From sequence record MN927226.1: a stretch of 44,138 nucleotides of DNA, one strand, 5' to 3'. This document shows positions 34,902 through 43,783 of the stretch, piece after piece. Both the position numbers and the translations under genes were made by a program. Origin of the DNA: Escherichia phage vB_EcoS_XY2. Position 1 is the stretch's first letter. Each line of letters opens with the position of its first letter. The notes beneath the pieces were generated by a model. That model was given only the letters and a program-made list of their open reading frames with translations, made no database searches and was not told the DNA's origin.

Positions 34902-34921
34902 AAGGCCCCTTACGGGGCCTT
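34902..34921. terminator. bidirectional terminator AAGGCCCC-ttac-GGGGCCTT
   Basis: Perfect 8-bp stem right after stop of 34376..34897. Confidence 0.7.
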
Positions 34922-34924
34922 TTA

Positions 34925-35386
34925 TCATTCTGGCTTAGTGACCTTCGCCGCTTTACTTACCGCCTCTACCCCATCGGCATCGGTAACTTTAACGAAGTAT
35001 TCACCGACTGCGTTAACCGTCAGAGACAAAGCCTCTTCAGGTGCGTTTACAACTTCCTTACCGTCTTTGTACCATGTCAGCGCATATGGTGCTTTGCCCG
35101 CCTTAACTTCAACAGCGATAGTTGCACTGCCGTCTGTCAGTTCAGTGTCCTGCGGTTGCACAGAGAAATACACGTCGCCAGCGTCCGCCAGATACGGAAT
35201 CTCATAAAGCATACCCGCCGCTGGCAGCGCAATACCGGTCTTGTCTGCAAACGGCATATCATCCACTGGTGTACCGAGTACACTTTCATCCTCAATAAAT
35301 ACCACGTTCTCGCCAGAGCCAGACACGCGGGCGTACTGGACAACACGGCGCGACGGTACATCAGTTACTTTGAAAAAGCCCATCAT
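34925..35386 (-). CDS. Ig-like domain protein (153 aa)
   Basis: ALTWYKDGKEV...GEYFVKVTDADG Ig-like pattern; TAATG coupling. Confidence 0.55.
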   Translation of the reverse strand: MMGFFKVTDVPSRRVVQYARVSGSGENVVFIEDESVLGTPVDDMPFADKTGIALPAAGMLYEIPYLADAGDVYFSVQPQDTELTDGSATIAVEVKAGKAPYALTWYKDGKEVVNAPEEALSLTVNAVGEYFVKVTDADGVEAVSKAAKVTKPE

Positions 35387-36462
35387 TAATCCCCTTTCAG
35401 ATAATCAGCAACACGTTTATCGAGTTCCGCCATCTGCTTAAGCGTGAGCGGATTCCCGAAACCATCTACAGATATTACGCGAAACTCTTCCGGCGATATA
35501 CCGCTGTTACGGAAAATCTTACCGCGAACAGGACCGAGCGCCTGGTCCTGAAACCATGCTGGTTGTTGTTTCAGGAACTCGTAATAGGTGGTGTCCGCGC
35601 TTACCTGAGTACCGCCGTCCGCACCCTTAGCCGCACGTTTTGCGCCTTTATCAAGGAAGTCGAACTCTGAACTGATTACCGGTGCAGTGGTACTTCGGCA
35701 ATTAGGATGGGCTGGTGGCATCGGACCTTTACCGATTTCCCACGTCATTCCGTCTCTGGCCCTGCAAATCGTGCTGGTACGGCTGTCCAAAGTTGACACC
35801 CACTCATATTTCTCGATGATGTCGTCGTTCTGGCGGTACGTCTCGTTACGGGCCTCGTTGGATACGTGGGACAGCGCGGTGCGGATTACCGTAGTCGCGT
35901 TACGTTCTGAGATGTCGGCTAGCCCACCAGCGCCAACAACATTCTTAACAATCTGCCGTGTGGTTTGACCTTGCACAAAGCCCATCTTAACTCCAGTTAC
36001 AAGACGTGCTACTTCCGTTTCACCCCAGCCGTCCATCAGCTTAGTGAAATCAACGGGCTTGTCGCTCAATGATAATGGTTGAAACTCGGCAGCGGCCCAT
36101 ACCTGCTCAGCGGTAGGCGTAACAAATTCCGCGTCTACGTTGGCGGTCAGTGTCTTTACGTTCCACTCAGCCTCGTACGCCGCCAGTTCCTTAAGGTCGT
36201 CTGTTAGCTTTGTTTGCCAGTCACCCGTAATACCGGTTAGTGCTTCTTCCAGGTCGCGTAACAGTTTATTCAGTCGCGCAGTGCTGCGACCGTCGTCACC
36301 GAATAACAGCACCTGCCGTTTGATTTCATCCCTTATCTCCTGAATGAACGGCGTGAGGTCTTTCACTTCACCGGATGCGGTGCGTTGCAGCCATATCTGA
36401 TGGCTGATTAGGGATGTAAGTAAGCTCATAGATAAACCCTGTGGCGCTAAAGTTAATAGCAT
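35386..36462 (-). CDS. head morphogenesis / minor head protein
   Basis: 358-aa ORF immediately after portal gene. Confidence 0.6.
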   Translation of the reverse strand: MLLTLAPQGLSMSLLTSLISHQIWLQRTASGEVKDLTPFIQEIRDEIKRQVLLFGDDGRSTARLNKLLRDLEEALTGITGDWQTKLTDDLKELAAYEAEWNVKTLTANVDAEFVTPTAEQVWAAAEFQPLSLSDKPVDFTKLMDGWGETEVARLVTGVKMGFVQGQTTRQIVKNVVGAGGLADISERNATTVIRTALSHVSNEARNETYRQNDDIIEKYEWVSTLDSRTSTICRARDGMTWEIGKGPMPPAHPNCRSTTAPVISSEFDFLDKGAKRAAKGADGGTQVSADTTYYEFLKQQPAWFQDQALGPVRGKIFRNSGISPEEFRVISVDGFGNPLTLKQMAELDKRVADYLKGD

Positions 36463-36498
36463 ACTATAAGAAAGCCCCTTTCGGGGCTATAGGTGAAC

Positions 36499-37980
36499 TT
36501 ACTGCTGAGTGGTGTCCTGTTGCTGCGCCGACTGCGGAATCTCTCCCGCTACCTGAGCAACAGAACCCAACGGCAGAGGTGCGTCTTCAATAGCGTTCTG
36601 AATGTCCTCATCTGTCCAGTCAGTCACACCTGCCTTGCGCAACGCAGCATAGTAAGCGGTGGCGGGTAGCAGGCCAGCGTTAATATCCGCCATCCACTGA
36701 GCGCGGTCCTGAGCTGTCATAGGTTGCAGGAAGAATTCCATATTCAGCTTGAACTCAATCTCAGTATCTTCACTAAGCCCAAGCATACCCGCAACCCAGC
36801 GCAACGCATCGGTATACGCCATGCTTACATTACGTGCTATTGTTGCCATGACTGACGTGTCGGCGCCGCGTTGCAGGCGGGCCGATTCCGCGGTGATTTG
36901 CTGCGTCGGGGTGATAAGCTGCGCGCCAATCTGGATGGCCTGATTCTCTTTATCCAGCATATTCTGTTTGGCGAGGTTAGTTTCCGCCGCCTGAACCAGA
37001 AACGCATTTCCGCCGGAGCCGATGTTGTGGCCTGAACGCGACCCCATGCGTATGCCGTGTGGGTTGGCTTCTTTCCACTGCTCCATGCTCATGTTCTCGC
37101 CGGGGGCAATGAACAGTGTCGGTTGACCTACTATAAAGCTGGCCTCTTCCACATCGGCCGAATTTCTGAAGTGTCCTATATTTAGCTCAGCTAACGGCAG
37201 TAAAGGCGCATCGTCTATAGTGGCGTCGTTGTTGCTTGCGCCAATGAACGTGAACGGGATTTTACCGCGCAACTGTTCGCCGAGTTCCGGGAAGATTTCG
37301 ATTACTTCATCCTGTGCGCCACCTTCGGCATCGAAGCGGTAGATGCGCTGGCGGTAGCGACCGTCAATCAGGTCAAGGACGCGGTATTGCTCGCCGAATT
37401 TTGTTTCAAACTCAGCGCCTGGTTCCGAGTATTCCCATGCCTCACGCAATACAACCATCGTCACGCGGTTCACTGAACCGATGCGGGTGAGTCTCCAGTT
37501 GATAATGTTCTCCGCGGTATAGAATGCGATTACCGGGTTTAATAATCCCGCGTTCTGCTCTGCCGCCGTTGCTGCGGCTGTTTCCGGGGCGTCCACCAGC
37601 AACCCGCCACGGCCTATCGAGTTAATCTCCATCAGCGTATCCTGCGCGTGCTGCCACAGCCCGACACCTGAACCGTCAGCGTTGTGCAACAGGTACTCAA
37701 GTTCAGGCGGGATAATCTGCTCAGGGTCTTTGCGCATCACTGACCCAGTCATCCCCGCCAGCGTGCGTTTGGTGAAATTGTAGCAGATAGCGCCGTTCTC
37801 GTATTCTTCCTGTCGCTGTGCTGCGTAGGTCTGGTCAGGCTCGTTCTTCCCGACGTTGCGCAGATAGCGGATAAGGTCGCCTTCAAGAGCGTGGCGTACC
37901 TTCTGCCATTTATCGAAGTGATGCAGCCATTCCCGGTGTTTTGTCTTAACACCCTGATTCTGACCGTTCATAGTTAACAT
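36499..37980 (-). CDS. portal protein
   Basis: 493-aa ORF immediately after terminase large subunit; AAGAGGA RBS. Confidence 0.8.
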   Translation of the reverse strand: MLTMNGQNQGVKTKHREWLHHFDKWQKVRHALEGDLIRYLRNVGKNEPDQTYAAQRQEEYENGAICYNFTKRTLAGMTGSVMRKDPEQIIPPELEYLLHNADGSGVGLWQHAQDTLMEINSIGRGGLLVDAPETAAATAAEQNAGLLNPVIAFYTAENIINWRLTRIGSVNRVTMVVLREAWEYSEPGAEFETKFGEQYRVLDLIDGRYRQRIYRFDAEGGAQDEVIEIFPELGEQLRGKIPFTFIGASNNDATIDDAPLLPLAELNIGHFRNSADVEEASFIVGQPTLFIAPGENMSMEQWKEANPHGIRMGSRSGHNIGSGGNAFLVQAAETNLAKQNMLDKENQAIQIGAQLITPTQQITAESARLQRGADTSVMATIARNVSMAYTDALRWVAGMLGLSEDTEIEFKLNMEFFLQPMTAQDRAQWMADINAGLLPATAYYAALRKAGVTDWTDEDIQNAIEDAPLPLGSVAQVAGEIPQSAQQQDTTQQ

Positions 37981-37992
37981 TGAATAATCCTC

Positions 37993-39264
37993 TTAAAGTG
38001 CGAAAGTCACCGGGACGTTAATAACTGGTTTGCGAATCGGCATTTCATACGCGATAGGGTATGTGGTTCCATCATTCTGGTGGTCCACACCGCCTGATTT
38101 ATCCGGTTCGCCGTTCTTGTCGTAAGCCTGTTGCTCCAGACATCGTGCGGTAACCGGGCAAGCCTGCTCATTAATCATGACCATACCAGATTCAAGCGCC
38201 TTATTCATCGCCGCTACGCGGTCTTTAACCGGTGGGTTTGTCGATTTAGCGCGCACTTCGAAGCCGGCCTGCTGTAACTGGGCAATATCAGATGTGCTGG
38301 CGTTGTTACTTTTACGGTTTTTACCGCTTGCGTCGGGGTACATAACGATATAGTGGCCCTTACTTTTCCAGCGCTCTGTTACGGCTCTCACCACATCGGG
38401 CGTATCGAACATATCCACCAACTCGGCGACTGCATGCCAGACTTTGCCACGTTGCACGTAAACTGTACTAGCCATGTGGCCTACGTTAAAGTCCTGCCCG
38501 ATATACAGAGTCTCGCCTGGTTTTATTGTTTCGCGGCTGCTGTTTTTCCTGCGGTCATAGGCGTAATAGACAGTCCCCGCCGTCAGGTTGACGAACTCGC
38601 CGTTGATGTAGGCGTCAATCAACTGACCCGGGTATGTGTCGCGTAACGACTGCACATAATCTTCTGGCAGGAACGGGTTAGACAGGGTGGACGCCTGAAT
38701 CATCTCGTAGCCTGGATTCTTTTTGACTACCCAGCGGTCATGTACGAAACGGAATCCTTCCGGGGTAGTGAACACGGAAACGGTATTAGCAGGTTTCGGT
38801 GTAATAGGTTTATATGTCCGCGGCAACTGGCGGTTACGGGCGATGACTTTGTTCCACGCGTGCTCGGCGTGCTCCATGTTAAGGGTGTCCAACTCGTCGA
38901 TTTTCGCACGAAACGATTCGTAGCCAACGATTCGTGCTGGATTATCAAGTGTACGCAGAACAAAATCCCCAAATTGTCCGGAAGACGTATAGATTATGTT
39001 GTCAGACTTGTTGTATTTGTACCGGATACCCCAGTCGGTGAGCTTTTCTTCCATACGCGGTGCAAGGATGAGGCGCACCAGGTCATAAGTCGGCTCATAC
39101 ATGGCGATGATAGAATCGCTACCACCTTCCATGCTGTCGAGTAGTGCAGAGTTGCACATAACTTCGGATTTACCCGTACCGAAGCCAGCTACGAATGCCG
39201 GAAACTTGCAATGCATACCGAGAAACGCGCCTTGCGGCTCCGTTGCCGTGATATTAACGTTCAC
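37993..39264 (-). CDS. terL: terminase large subunit
   Basis: Walker A GFGTGKSE near N-terminus; between small terminase and portal; start codon uncertain. Confidence 0.85.
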   Translation of the reverse strand: MNVNITATEPQGAFLGMHCKFPAFVAGFGTGKSEVMCNSALLDSMEGGSDSIIAMYEPTYDLVRLILAPRMEEKLTDWGIRYKYNKSDNIIYTSSGQFGDFVLRTLDNPARIVGYESFRAKIDELDTLNMEHAEHAWNKVIARNRQLPRTYKPITPKPANTVSVFTTPEGFRFVHDRWVVKKNPGYEMIQASTLSNPFLPEDYVQSLRDTYPGQLIDAYINGEFVNLTAGTVYYAYDRRKNSSRETIKPGETLYIGQDFNVGHMASTVYVQRGKVWHAVAELVDMFDTPDVVRAVTERWKSKGHYIVMYPDASGKNRKSNNASTSDIAQLQQAGFEVRAKSTNPPVKDRVAAMNKALESGMVMINEQACPVTARCLEQQAYDKNGEPDKSGGVDHQNDGTTYPIAYEMPIRKPVINVPVTFAL

Positions 39265-39763
39265 CGGACACCACCTTAATTGTTACTTCGCTGATTGGCT
39301 CGTCGCGTACTTCTTCGGCGACAACTGTTTTATTCAACCCCAGTTTCGCAGCAGCAAACGTAGCAGAGATACCTGCGGCCCCTGTCTCGGTGAAGTACGC
39401 CTCTTCCAGCGCCTGCGCCGTTTCATAGGCTTCTGCAAATGCGGGAATCTCACGCAGCCAAAGCTTAATAATCGGGATAGTGACTCCGATGTGTAAGGCG
39501 AAGCGGGCCAGTGACGGTGGTTTATCCTGAATCAGCGGGCGTTCGTCACCCTTAGACGTTGGCACAAGCTCCCACGACGTGCGGTCGAAGAACTCGATTA
39601 ACGCGTCACAGTAGTCCGGGTCCCACAATGCCGCAGAATTACGGGATGATTGATAAAGGCTCTGTTTACCGCGCGGTCGTTTACGGCGACGGTTTGCGCT
39701 AACAGCTTCTTCATGTGCAGCTTGCACCACCTCTGGTGATGGCTGCTTAAGTTTCAGCTTCAT
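39254..39763 (-). CDS. terS: terminase small subunit (putative)
   Basis: Basic N-terminus; position immediately upstream of terL; ATG 39763 with AAGGGG RBS. Confidence 0.55.
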   Translation of the reverse strand: MKLKLKQPSPEVVQAAHEEAVSANRRRKRPRGKQSLYQSSRNSAALWDPDYCDALIEFFDRTSWELVPTSKGDERPLIQDKPPSLARFALHIGVTIPIIKLWLREIPAFAEAYETAQALEEAYFTETGAAGISATFAAAKLGLNKTVVAEEVRDEPISEVTIKVVSGER

Positions 39764-39828
39764 AGAATCCCCTTGCATATGCGTCTGACCATCAGAGCGC
39801 ACCAGACGCGCCCTACGCGTCTAAATGG

Positions 39829-39858
39829 ATTATATAAGGGGATTGGGCGGGATGTACA
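39829..39858 (-). promoter_or_regulatory. candidate late promoter TGTACA-N18-TATAAT upstream of terminase
   Basis: Hexamers read on minus strand between terminator 39863-39880 and terS. Confidence 0.3.
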
Positions 39859-39862
39859 GAAA

Positions 39863-39880
39863 AGCCCTCCGTAGAGGGCT
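39863..39880 (-). terminator. hairpin AGCCCTC-cgta-GAGGGCT then TTT on minus strand
   Basis: Follows stop of small gene 39891..40046. Confidence 0.5.
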
Positions 39881-39890
39881 TGTGGGTTGG

Positions 39891-40046
39891 TTATTCTGTT
39901 ATATCGCCGCCGTCTACCAGTGCGATTGGTATTCTCACTTCACCGTTGAATGTTTCGGCATACCAGAACTTTTCACACTGCGTTACGCTGAAAACATCGA
40001 GTTCTGACGTAGCCCCTGTTTTCCAGTAGATAGTTAACTTTTTCAT
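39891..40046 (-). CDS. small hypothetical protein (51 aa)
   Basis: Hand-translated MKKLTIYWKTGATSELDVFSVTQCEKFWYAETFNGEVRIPIALVDGGDITE; strong RBS AAGAGGAGAGTGGAGA. Confidence 0.45.
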   Translation of the reverse strand: MKKLTIYWKTGATSELDVFSVTQCEKFWYAETFNGEVRIPIALVDGGDITE

Positions 40047-40279
40047 TCTCCACTCTCCTCTTTAGCAATACGTTGCTCAGTTTTAGTGATACCACGGCGC
40101 GTGAATAACACCGGGCTAGTCTTAACGTGCGTCATCAGACGATTGTTATAAATTACGTGGCGCTCACAATCAACGTCTTTACTGTACTTAGCAATCGTCA
40201 TTTCGTTGATACCGGTTTGTCGGCATGTCTCCGCCATCGTACCAAATTCTTTAATCAGGTTAGGAATGCTGGTAATCAT
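40043..40279 (-). CDS. small protein with HTH-like segment (78 aa)
   Basis: ORF track frame; ATG 40279 forms ATGA with upstream stop. Confidence 0.5.
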   Translation of the reverse strand: MITSIPNLIKEFGTMAETCRQTGINEMTIAKYSKDVDCERHVIYNNRLMTHVKTSPVLFTRRGITKTEQRIAKEESGE

Positions 40280-40446
40280 CCTAAGAAATTCCTCGTTGTC
40301 CACATCGCATTCGGATATTTGTTATCGCGGTCCTGCACCACGGCGACCATGTTACCACGTTGCACCAGGCAGAAGTGACGCTGTTGCTCGCCGTTGTAAC
40401 GGCGCCAGATTGCTTCTTCGATTGCTGCGTTGATGTCGCTGAACAT
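40276..40446 (-). CDS. small hypothetical protein (56 aa)
   Basis: Hand-translated MFSDINAAIEEAIWRRYNGEQQRHFCLVQRGNMVAVVQDRDNKYPNAMWTTRNFLG. Confidence 0.45.
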   Translation of the reverse strand: MFSDINAAIEEAIWRRYNGEQQRHFCLVQRGNMVAVVQDRDNKYPNAMWTTRNFLG

Positions 40447-40529
40447 TAGTATCTACCCCACAGAAAACCGACCAATAGCCCAATGAAGTAACTAAGACCA
40501 ACCAGACTTATAACAACCTCAAGACTCAT
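40446..40529 (-). CDS. tiny hydrophobic peptide (27 aa)
   Basis: MSLEVVISLVGLSYFIGLLVGFLWGRY; fills gap between coupled genes. Confidence 0.25.
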   Translation of the reverse strand: MSLEVVISLVGLSYFIGLLVGFLWGRY

Positions 40530-40533
40530 GCTC

Positions 40534-40731
40534 TCACCCCACTATCTCATCGCCAAGCCACGCCGTTTCTCGTATATCGTCTACTACACACGCAGCGTGC
40601 TCACGGCTAATCGCAAAAATGTAGAAACTGAACTTCTTCCCATCGGCGTCGATGTGGTTAACCGAGTAAGGTTTCCACAGGACGCCATCGATAACTACCG
40701 GCTCAGGCGTGCTCATCTGGCGCCTCAACAA
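40534..40731 (-). CDS. hypothetical protein (65 aa)
   Basis: ORF track. Confidence 0.5.
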   Translation of the reverse strand: MLRRQMSTPEPVVIDGVLWKPYSVNHIDADGKKFSFYIFAISREHAACVVDDIRETAWLGDEIVG

Positions 40732-41011
40732 GACAACTCAGCATGTCAGTAATCTCCGTCTCAAGCCGTTTTCCTAACGCCGATTTAGTGCAGTGTTCGG
40801 CCCACTCCCCGGATTGCAACAATCCAATCATATTTTCTATGTCAGACGCGATGGCTTGTAGCTCTTTAAACGCCTCTAGAAGTTCTTTATACGCCTCCAG
40901 TTGAAACTCACCGTTAATTGACAGTTGCCCGCCTAACGTCTGTTTCTCCGACTCAAGCACCATAATACGGCGCTCGAGCGATGCAATTGTGATTTTATGC
41001 ATTGGTGTCAC
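40703..41011 (-). CDS. coiled-coil hypothetical protein (102 aa)
   Basis: ORF track. Confidence 0.55.
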   Translation of the reverse strand: MTPMHKITIASLERRIMVLESEKQTLGGQLSINGEFQLEAYKELLEAFKELQAIASDIENMIGLLQSGEWAEHCTKSALGKRLETEITDMLSCLVEAPDEHA

Positions 41012-41180
41012 CTTTGTTCAGGTTGAAGCGGTTAATCAGTTCGCGGCGCGCCTCATAAAGCGACTCCACCATTTGCTCGGCTACCGCGATTTTATTATTC
41101 AGGACGCACATCACGTGGCTAATGTCTACGCCGCCGTTAACGGCCTCTACCATCATCTTTTCATATTCACGGTCAGTCAT
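40995..41180 (-). CDS. hypothetical protein (61 aa)
   Basis: ORF track; overlapping coupling with upstream gene. Confidence 0.5.
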   Translation of the reverse strand: MTDREYEKMMVEAVNGGVDISHVMCVLNNKIAVAEQMVESLYEARRELINRFNLNKGDTNA

Positions 41181-41334
41181 TTTTACGCTCTCCCCACATG
41201 CGGTTGAGATACTTGTTCTTGTCCGGCCCAGGGAAACTGTTACGTTTCATCAGTTCCTCGCGTGTCGGGAACGGGGTGTGACTCACCTTACGGCCTACTC
41301 GTAATGGTTGGCTTACTTGACCTTGTTCGCTCAT
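41173..41334 (-). CDS. small hypothetical protein (53 aa)
   Basis: Hand-translated MSEQGQVSQPLRVGRKVSHTPFPTREELMKRNSFPGPDKNKYLNRMWGERKND; ATGA overlap. Confidence 0.45.
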   Translation of the reverse strand: MSEQGQVSQPLRVGRKVSHTPFPTREELMKRNSFPGPDKNKYLNRMWGERKND

Positions 41335-41528
41335 TCTACAACCTCCCATTTAACGCCGTGGAAACCATCACCGTCATCGTTACCAAAGTCTATGAAAATA
41401 TGGCAGTCGTCGTCGGAGTCTATATAACCGAAACCAGTAGCTGTCGGGTTGTATACATCATACACTTTACCCTCTGTGACATAGTCAAGGGCGGCTAACC
41501 AGAGAATTTTAGCGGCTTTAACTTTCAT
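41331..41528 (-). CDS. acidic hypothetical protein (65 aa)
   Basis: ORF track. Confidence 0.5.
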   Translation of the reverse strand: MKVKAAKILWLAALDYVTEGKVYDVYNPTATGFGYIDSDDDCHIFIDFGNDDGDGFHGVKWEVVE

Positions 41529-41773
41529 TTCTTCTCTCCTGCATAAGCTGCTTTCAGTGTCTGCATAGCAGCGAACCAGAACGCATCCGCAGGGATATTG
41601 CGGCTCAGGTTACTAACGGCGATATGCGCCATCAGTTGTGCGTCTTTGAATGCTTCGGTATCTGTGATTTTCATTGGAAATTTACGCATAGCAACCGGGT
41701 CATTACCCATAGTCCATGCGATACATTTGGCTTCAAGTTCCTCGGTTATTGCGATTGTCTGTACGTTACTCAT
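41525..41773 (-). CDS. hypothetical protein (82 aa)
   Basis: ORF track; first gene after promoter 41807-41835. Confidence 0.55.
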   Translation of the reverse strand: MSNVQTIAITEELEAKCIAWTMGNDPVAMRKFPMKITDTEAFKDAQLMAHIAVSNLSRNIPADAFWFAAMQTLKAAYAGEKK

Positions 41774-41806
41774 CTTCTCTACTCCGTTCTCGTTGTCGAT
41801 GGAGTA

Positions 41807-41835
41807 AATATAATAGGGTCATAGATAATAGTCAA
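41807..41835 (-). promoter_or_regulatory. sigma70-like promoter TTGACT-N17-TATATT
   Basis: Read on minus strand; spacer contains CCCTATTA element. Confidence 0.45.
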
Positions 41836-41856
41836 CTAGTCATCGCAGAAAATAGA

Positions 41857-41889
41857 TAAAAAAAATCCCGGCTGGGTCAGGGCCGGGAT
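41857..41889 (-). terminator. Rho-independent terminator after lysis cassette
   Basis: ATCCCGGC/GCCGGGAT stem followed on minus strand by 8 T. Confidence 0.7.
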
Positions 41890-41953
41890 AAAACTGGAGA
41901 GCAGAGGGATGGAACAGGAGGTGACTTAAGTATCGTCTGATTAGTCCTAAGTG

Positions 41954-42442
41954 TCAACCTTTCACCGCGCGCCCGATAGCCTCTGCCTCCTGCCACGGTT
42001 TACCGTCGAACAGCGCCAGACGACCAGCTGTACGGCGGCGCAGGCCGAGTAATGGTTTGCCGTTCTGGTTGATGAACAACGCCAGCTTAGCCCGCAGCGT
42101 CGCAACATCACCGGAACGCAGTGCCTTACCCGTACCGGTGGCAGCGGCAATCACACCAGCACCAGCGTTATAGACCAGGTCGCACACTGCATCGAACTGT
42201 GCCTGTGTCAGGGAGTGGTGTGCCGCTGCGTCAACCGCAGCTACGGCCTTAGCCATATCACGATTCAGTAACAGGAGTCCCTGACCCTTCGTAATCTTCT
42301 GCCCTTCATACACATGAGGGCCGTAGCTTCCGTAGCCAATAGTAAGGTACTTCTCGTTCGGCGTAGCACGATACGCAGTTCCACGGAACCCCTCGAATGC
42401 AGCGGTAAAATGCAATCCATTATCTGAAATGTTTCGAGACAC
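41954..42442 (-). CDS. endolysin (T4-lysozyme-like, GH24)
   Basis: FEGFRGTAYR...YLTIGYG and TQAQFDAVCDLVYNAGAG motifs; GTG start 42442 with GGAGG RBS. Confidence 0.8.
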   Translation of the reverse strand: MSRNISDNGLHFTAAFEGFRGTAYRATPNEKYLTIGYGSYGPHVYEGQKITKGQGLLLLNRDMAKAVAAVDAAAHHSLTQAQFDAVCDLVYNAGAGVIAAATGTGKALRSGDVATLRAKLALFINQNGKPLLGLRRRTAGRLALFDGKPWQEAEAIGRAVKG

Positions 42443-42692
42443 GCTTATGTCCTCCGTATGACAGCCACGCCTGACGAATCTGGCGCAGCGCAACTAATGT
42501 GATTAATGTCTCAGGCAGCGTCGGAGACATGCTGCCCTGTAACAGGTGGATACATCCTGCGGCGCAGACAATAGCAGTCAGGATATAGAGCACCCGGCCA
42601 AATAGCCCGTCGTCAACGCTGGGATGATACACATTAAACAGCGATGTGCCTCCGATTGCCAGCATTACGGCAAACCAGAATAGCTCAGTCAT
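42420..42692 (-). CDS. two-TM holin/antiholin-like protein (90 aa)
   Basis: Two hydrophobic helices then basic C-terminus; internal ATG 42692. Confidence 0.5.
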   Translation of the reverse strand: MTELFWFAVMLAIGGTSLFNVYHPSVDDGLFGRVLYILTAIVCAAGCIHLLQGSMSPTLPETLITLVALRQIRQAWLSYGGHKRVSKHFR

Positions 42693-42993
42693 GTGGTCCT
42701 CCTGGGCGGGCAATATCGCCGCCCGATACGATACCGGACAGACGGGAATAGATAGGCATCCAGAGAATAGCGATAATGAAGCCCAGGCCTGCGATTTCAC
42801 GGTCGCCCGTGATTCCAAACCATTGAGCTGCGAGAGGTGCGCCAAATACGGCGCAAGTGAAGCCAGTTGCAATAAAGCAGAAGCCGTCGATAGGGCCGGA
42901 AATAGCGGACTTATGTTGCCTTAGTCCGATTACCCCTCCGGCTAGTGCGGCAGCGAGAAGCCACCCCGTCACAGTTTCAGTAAATTTATCCAA
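42685..42993 (-). CDS. holin (three predicted TM helices)
   Basis: Three hydrophobic segments in 102 aa upstream of endolysin; TTG start after GGAGGA. Confidence 0.6.
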   Translation of the reverse strand: MDKFTETVTGWLLAAALAGGVIGLRQHKSAISGPIDGFCFIATGFTCAVFGAPLAAQWFGITGDREIAGLGFIIAILWMPIYSRLSGIVSGGDIARPGGPHD

Positions 42994-43052
42994 GATGAAT
43001 CCTCCAGGTGCGTATTAAGTATGCAGTAACTGGAGGATACCACGGGTAGGAA

Positions 43053-43493
43053 TTATCCTAATAGTTGTTTGGTAATAATCTTGCCGCCGGTGTCAGGGTC
43101 GAACTTCGATGCAACTGCTACACCACCTTGCGCCGAATACCCACATTCCATAGCCGCTAGGGCATAAGGGGCGCCTGAACCAACGGCGGAAAAGCTGTCC
43201 GCAATCTGAATAACCAAACTAAGAGCACAATCCCAAGATTTATAGAACTCCACCCTACACAACGTTTCGATGTCTTTAACCCACACCAAGGCAGAGAAAT
43301 CAAAATCGTAGTGCTTAGGCACTAAAATACTATCGTCCTCCACTAAAAGGATACCAACCCCTGCATCGCCAGCCGCCCCAATAACAACAAATTCGTTCTC
43401 GTATATCTTTGTGTCTGTGTTGTAACTGTTACTCCCGCACACAACACGGGTATCACAGGCCATTGTCTTTCCGTCAAACGCGATAGTAGTCAT
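43053..43493 (-). CDS. HslV/proteasome-beta-like Ntn-hydrolase peptidase homolog (146 aa)
   Basis: N-terminal Met-Thr-Thr; AVGSGAPYALAA matches recalled HslV AIGSGGPYAQAA; ATGA coupling. Confidence 0.65.
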   Translation of the reverse strand: MTTIAFDGKTMACDTRVVCGSNSYNTDTKIYENEFVVIGAAGDAGVGILLVEDDSILVPKHYDFDFSALVWVKDIETLCRVEFYKSWDCALSLVIQIADSFSAVGSGAPYALAAMECGYSAQGGVAVASKFDPDTGGKIITKQLLG

Positions 43494-43783
43494 TTATGTC
43501 TCCAGATGTATTGTCGTCTCTGTGGTTTCGTCGGAATATCATCGTACCCCAGCGATTTCCAGTAATTAAATAGCCGGTTCGCGATAGCTGCGCGTTCCTT
43601 TGTTTTAAACTCACCGAGATTCACTGCCTTTCCGTTCTGGAATCCACAGGCGCGGATAGCTTTACGCCGTTCTTGTATCTCTGGGTACAGCACGTTACGG
43701 CGACGCTTGTGTATACGTGTCTTCGCTCTCGGTGACAGCGGCGCAAGGCCGCTTCGTTTCAGGATGTCAGTTGCTAACGACAT
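43490..43783 (-). CDS. basic hypothetical protein (97 aa)
   Basis: ATG 43783 overlaps stop of upstream paralog (TAATG). Confidence 0.55.
   Translation of the reverse strand: MSLATDILKRSGLAPLSPRAKTRIHKRRRNVLYPEIQERRKAIRACGFQNGKAVNLGEFKTKERAAIANRLFNYWKSLGYDDIPTKPQRRQYIWRHK

Noticed and set aside
36473-36488. Hairpin AGCCCC-tttc-GGGGCT between portal and head-morphogenesis genes as an intra-operon terminator
   Set aside because: Short stem with no T-tract on the transcribed strand; more likely an mRNA structural element; left unannotated.
39825-40007. 60-aa plus-strand ORF in the terminase upstream region
   Set aside because: Overlaps a minus-strand gene with strong RBS and the late promoter/terminator region; no RBS of its own.
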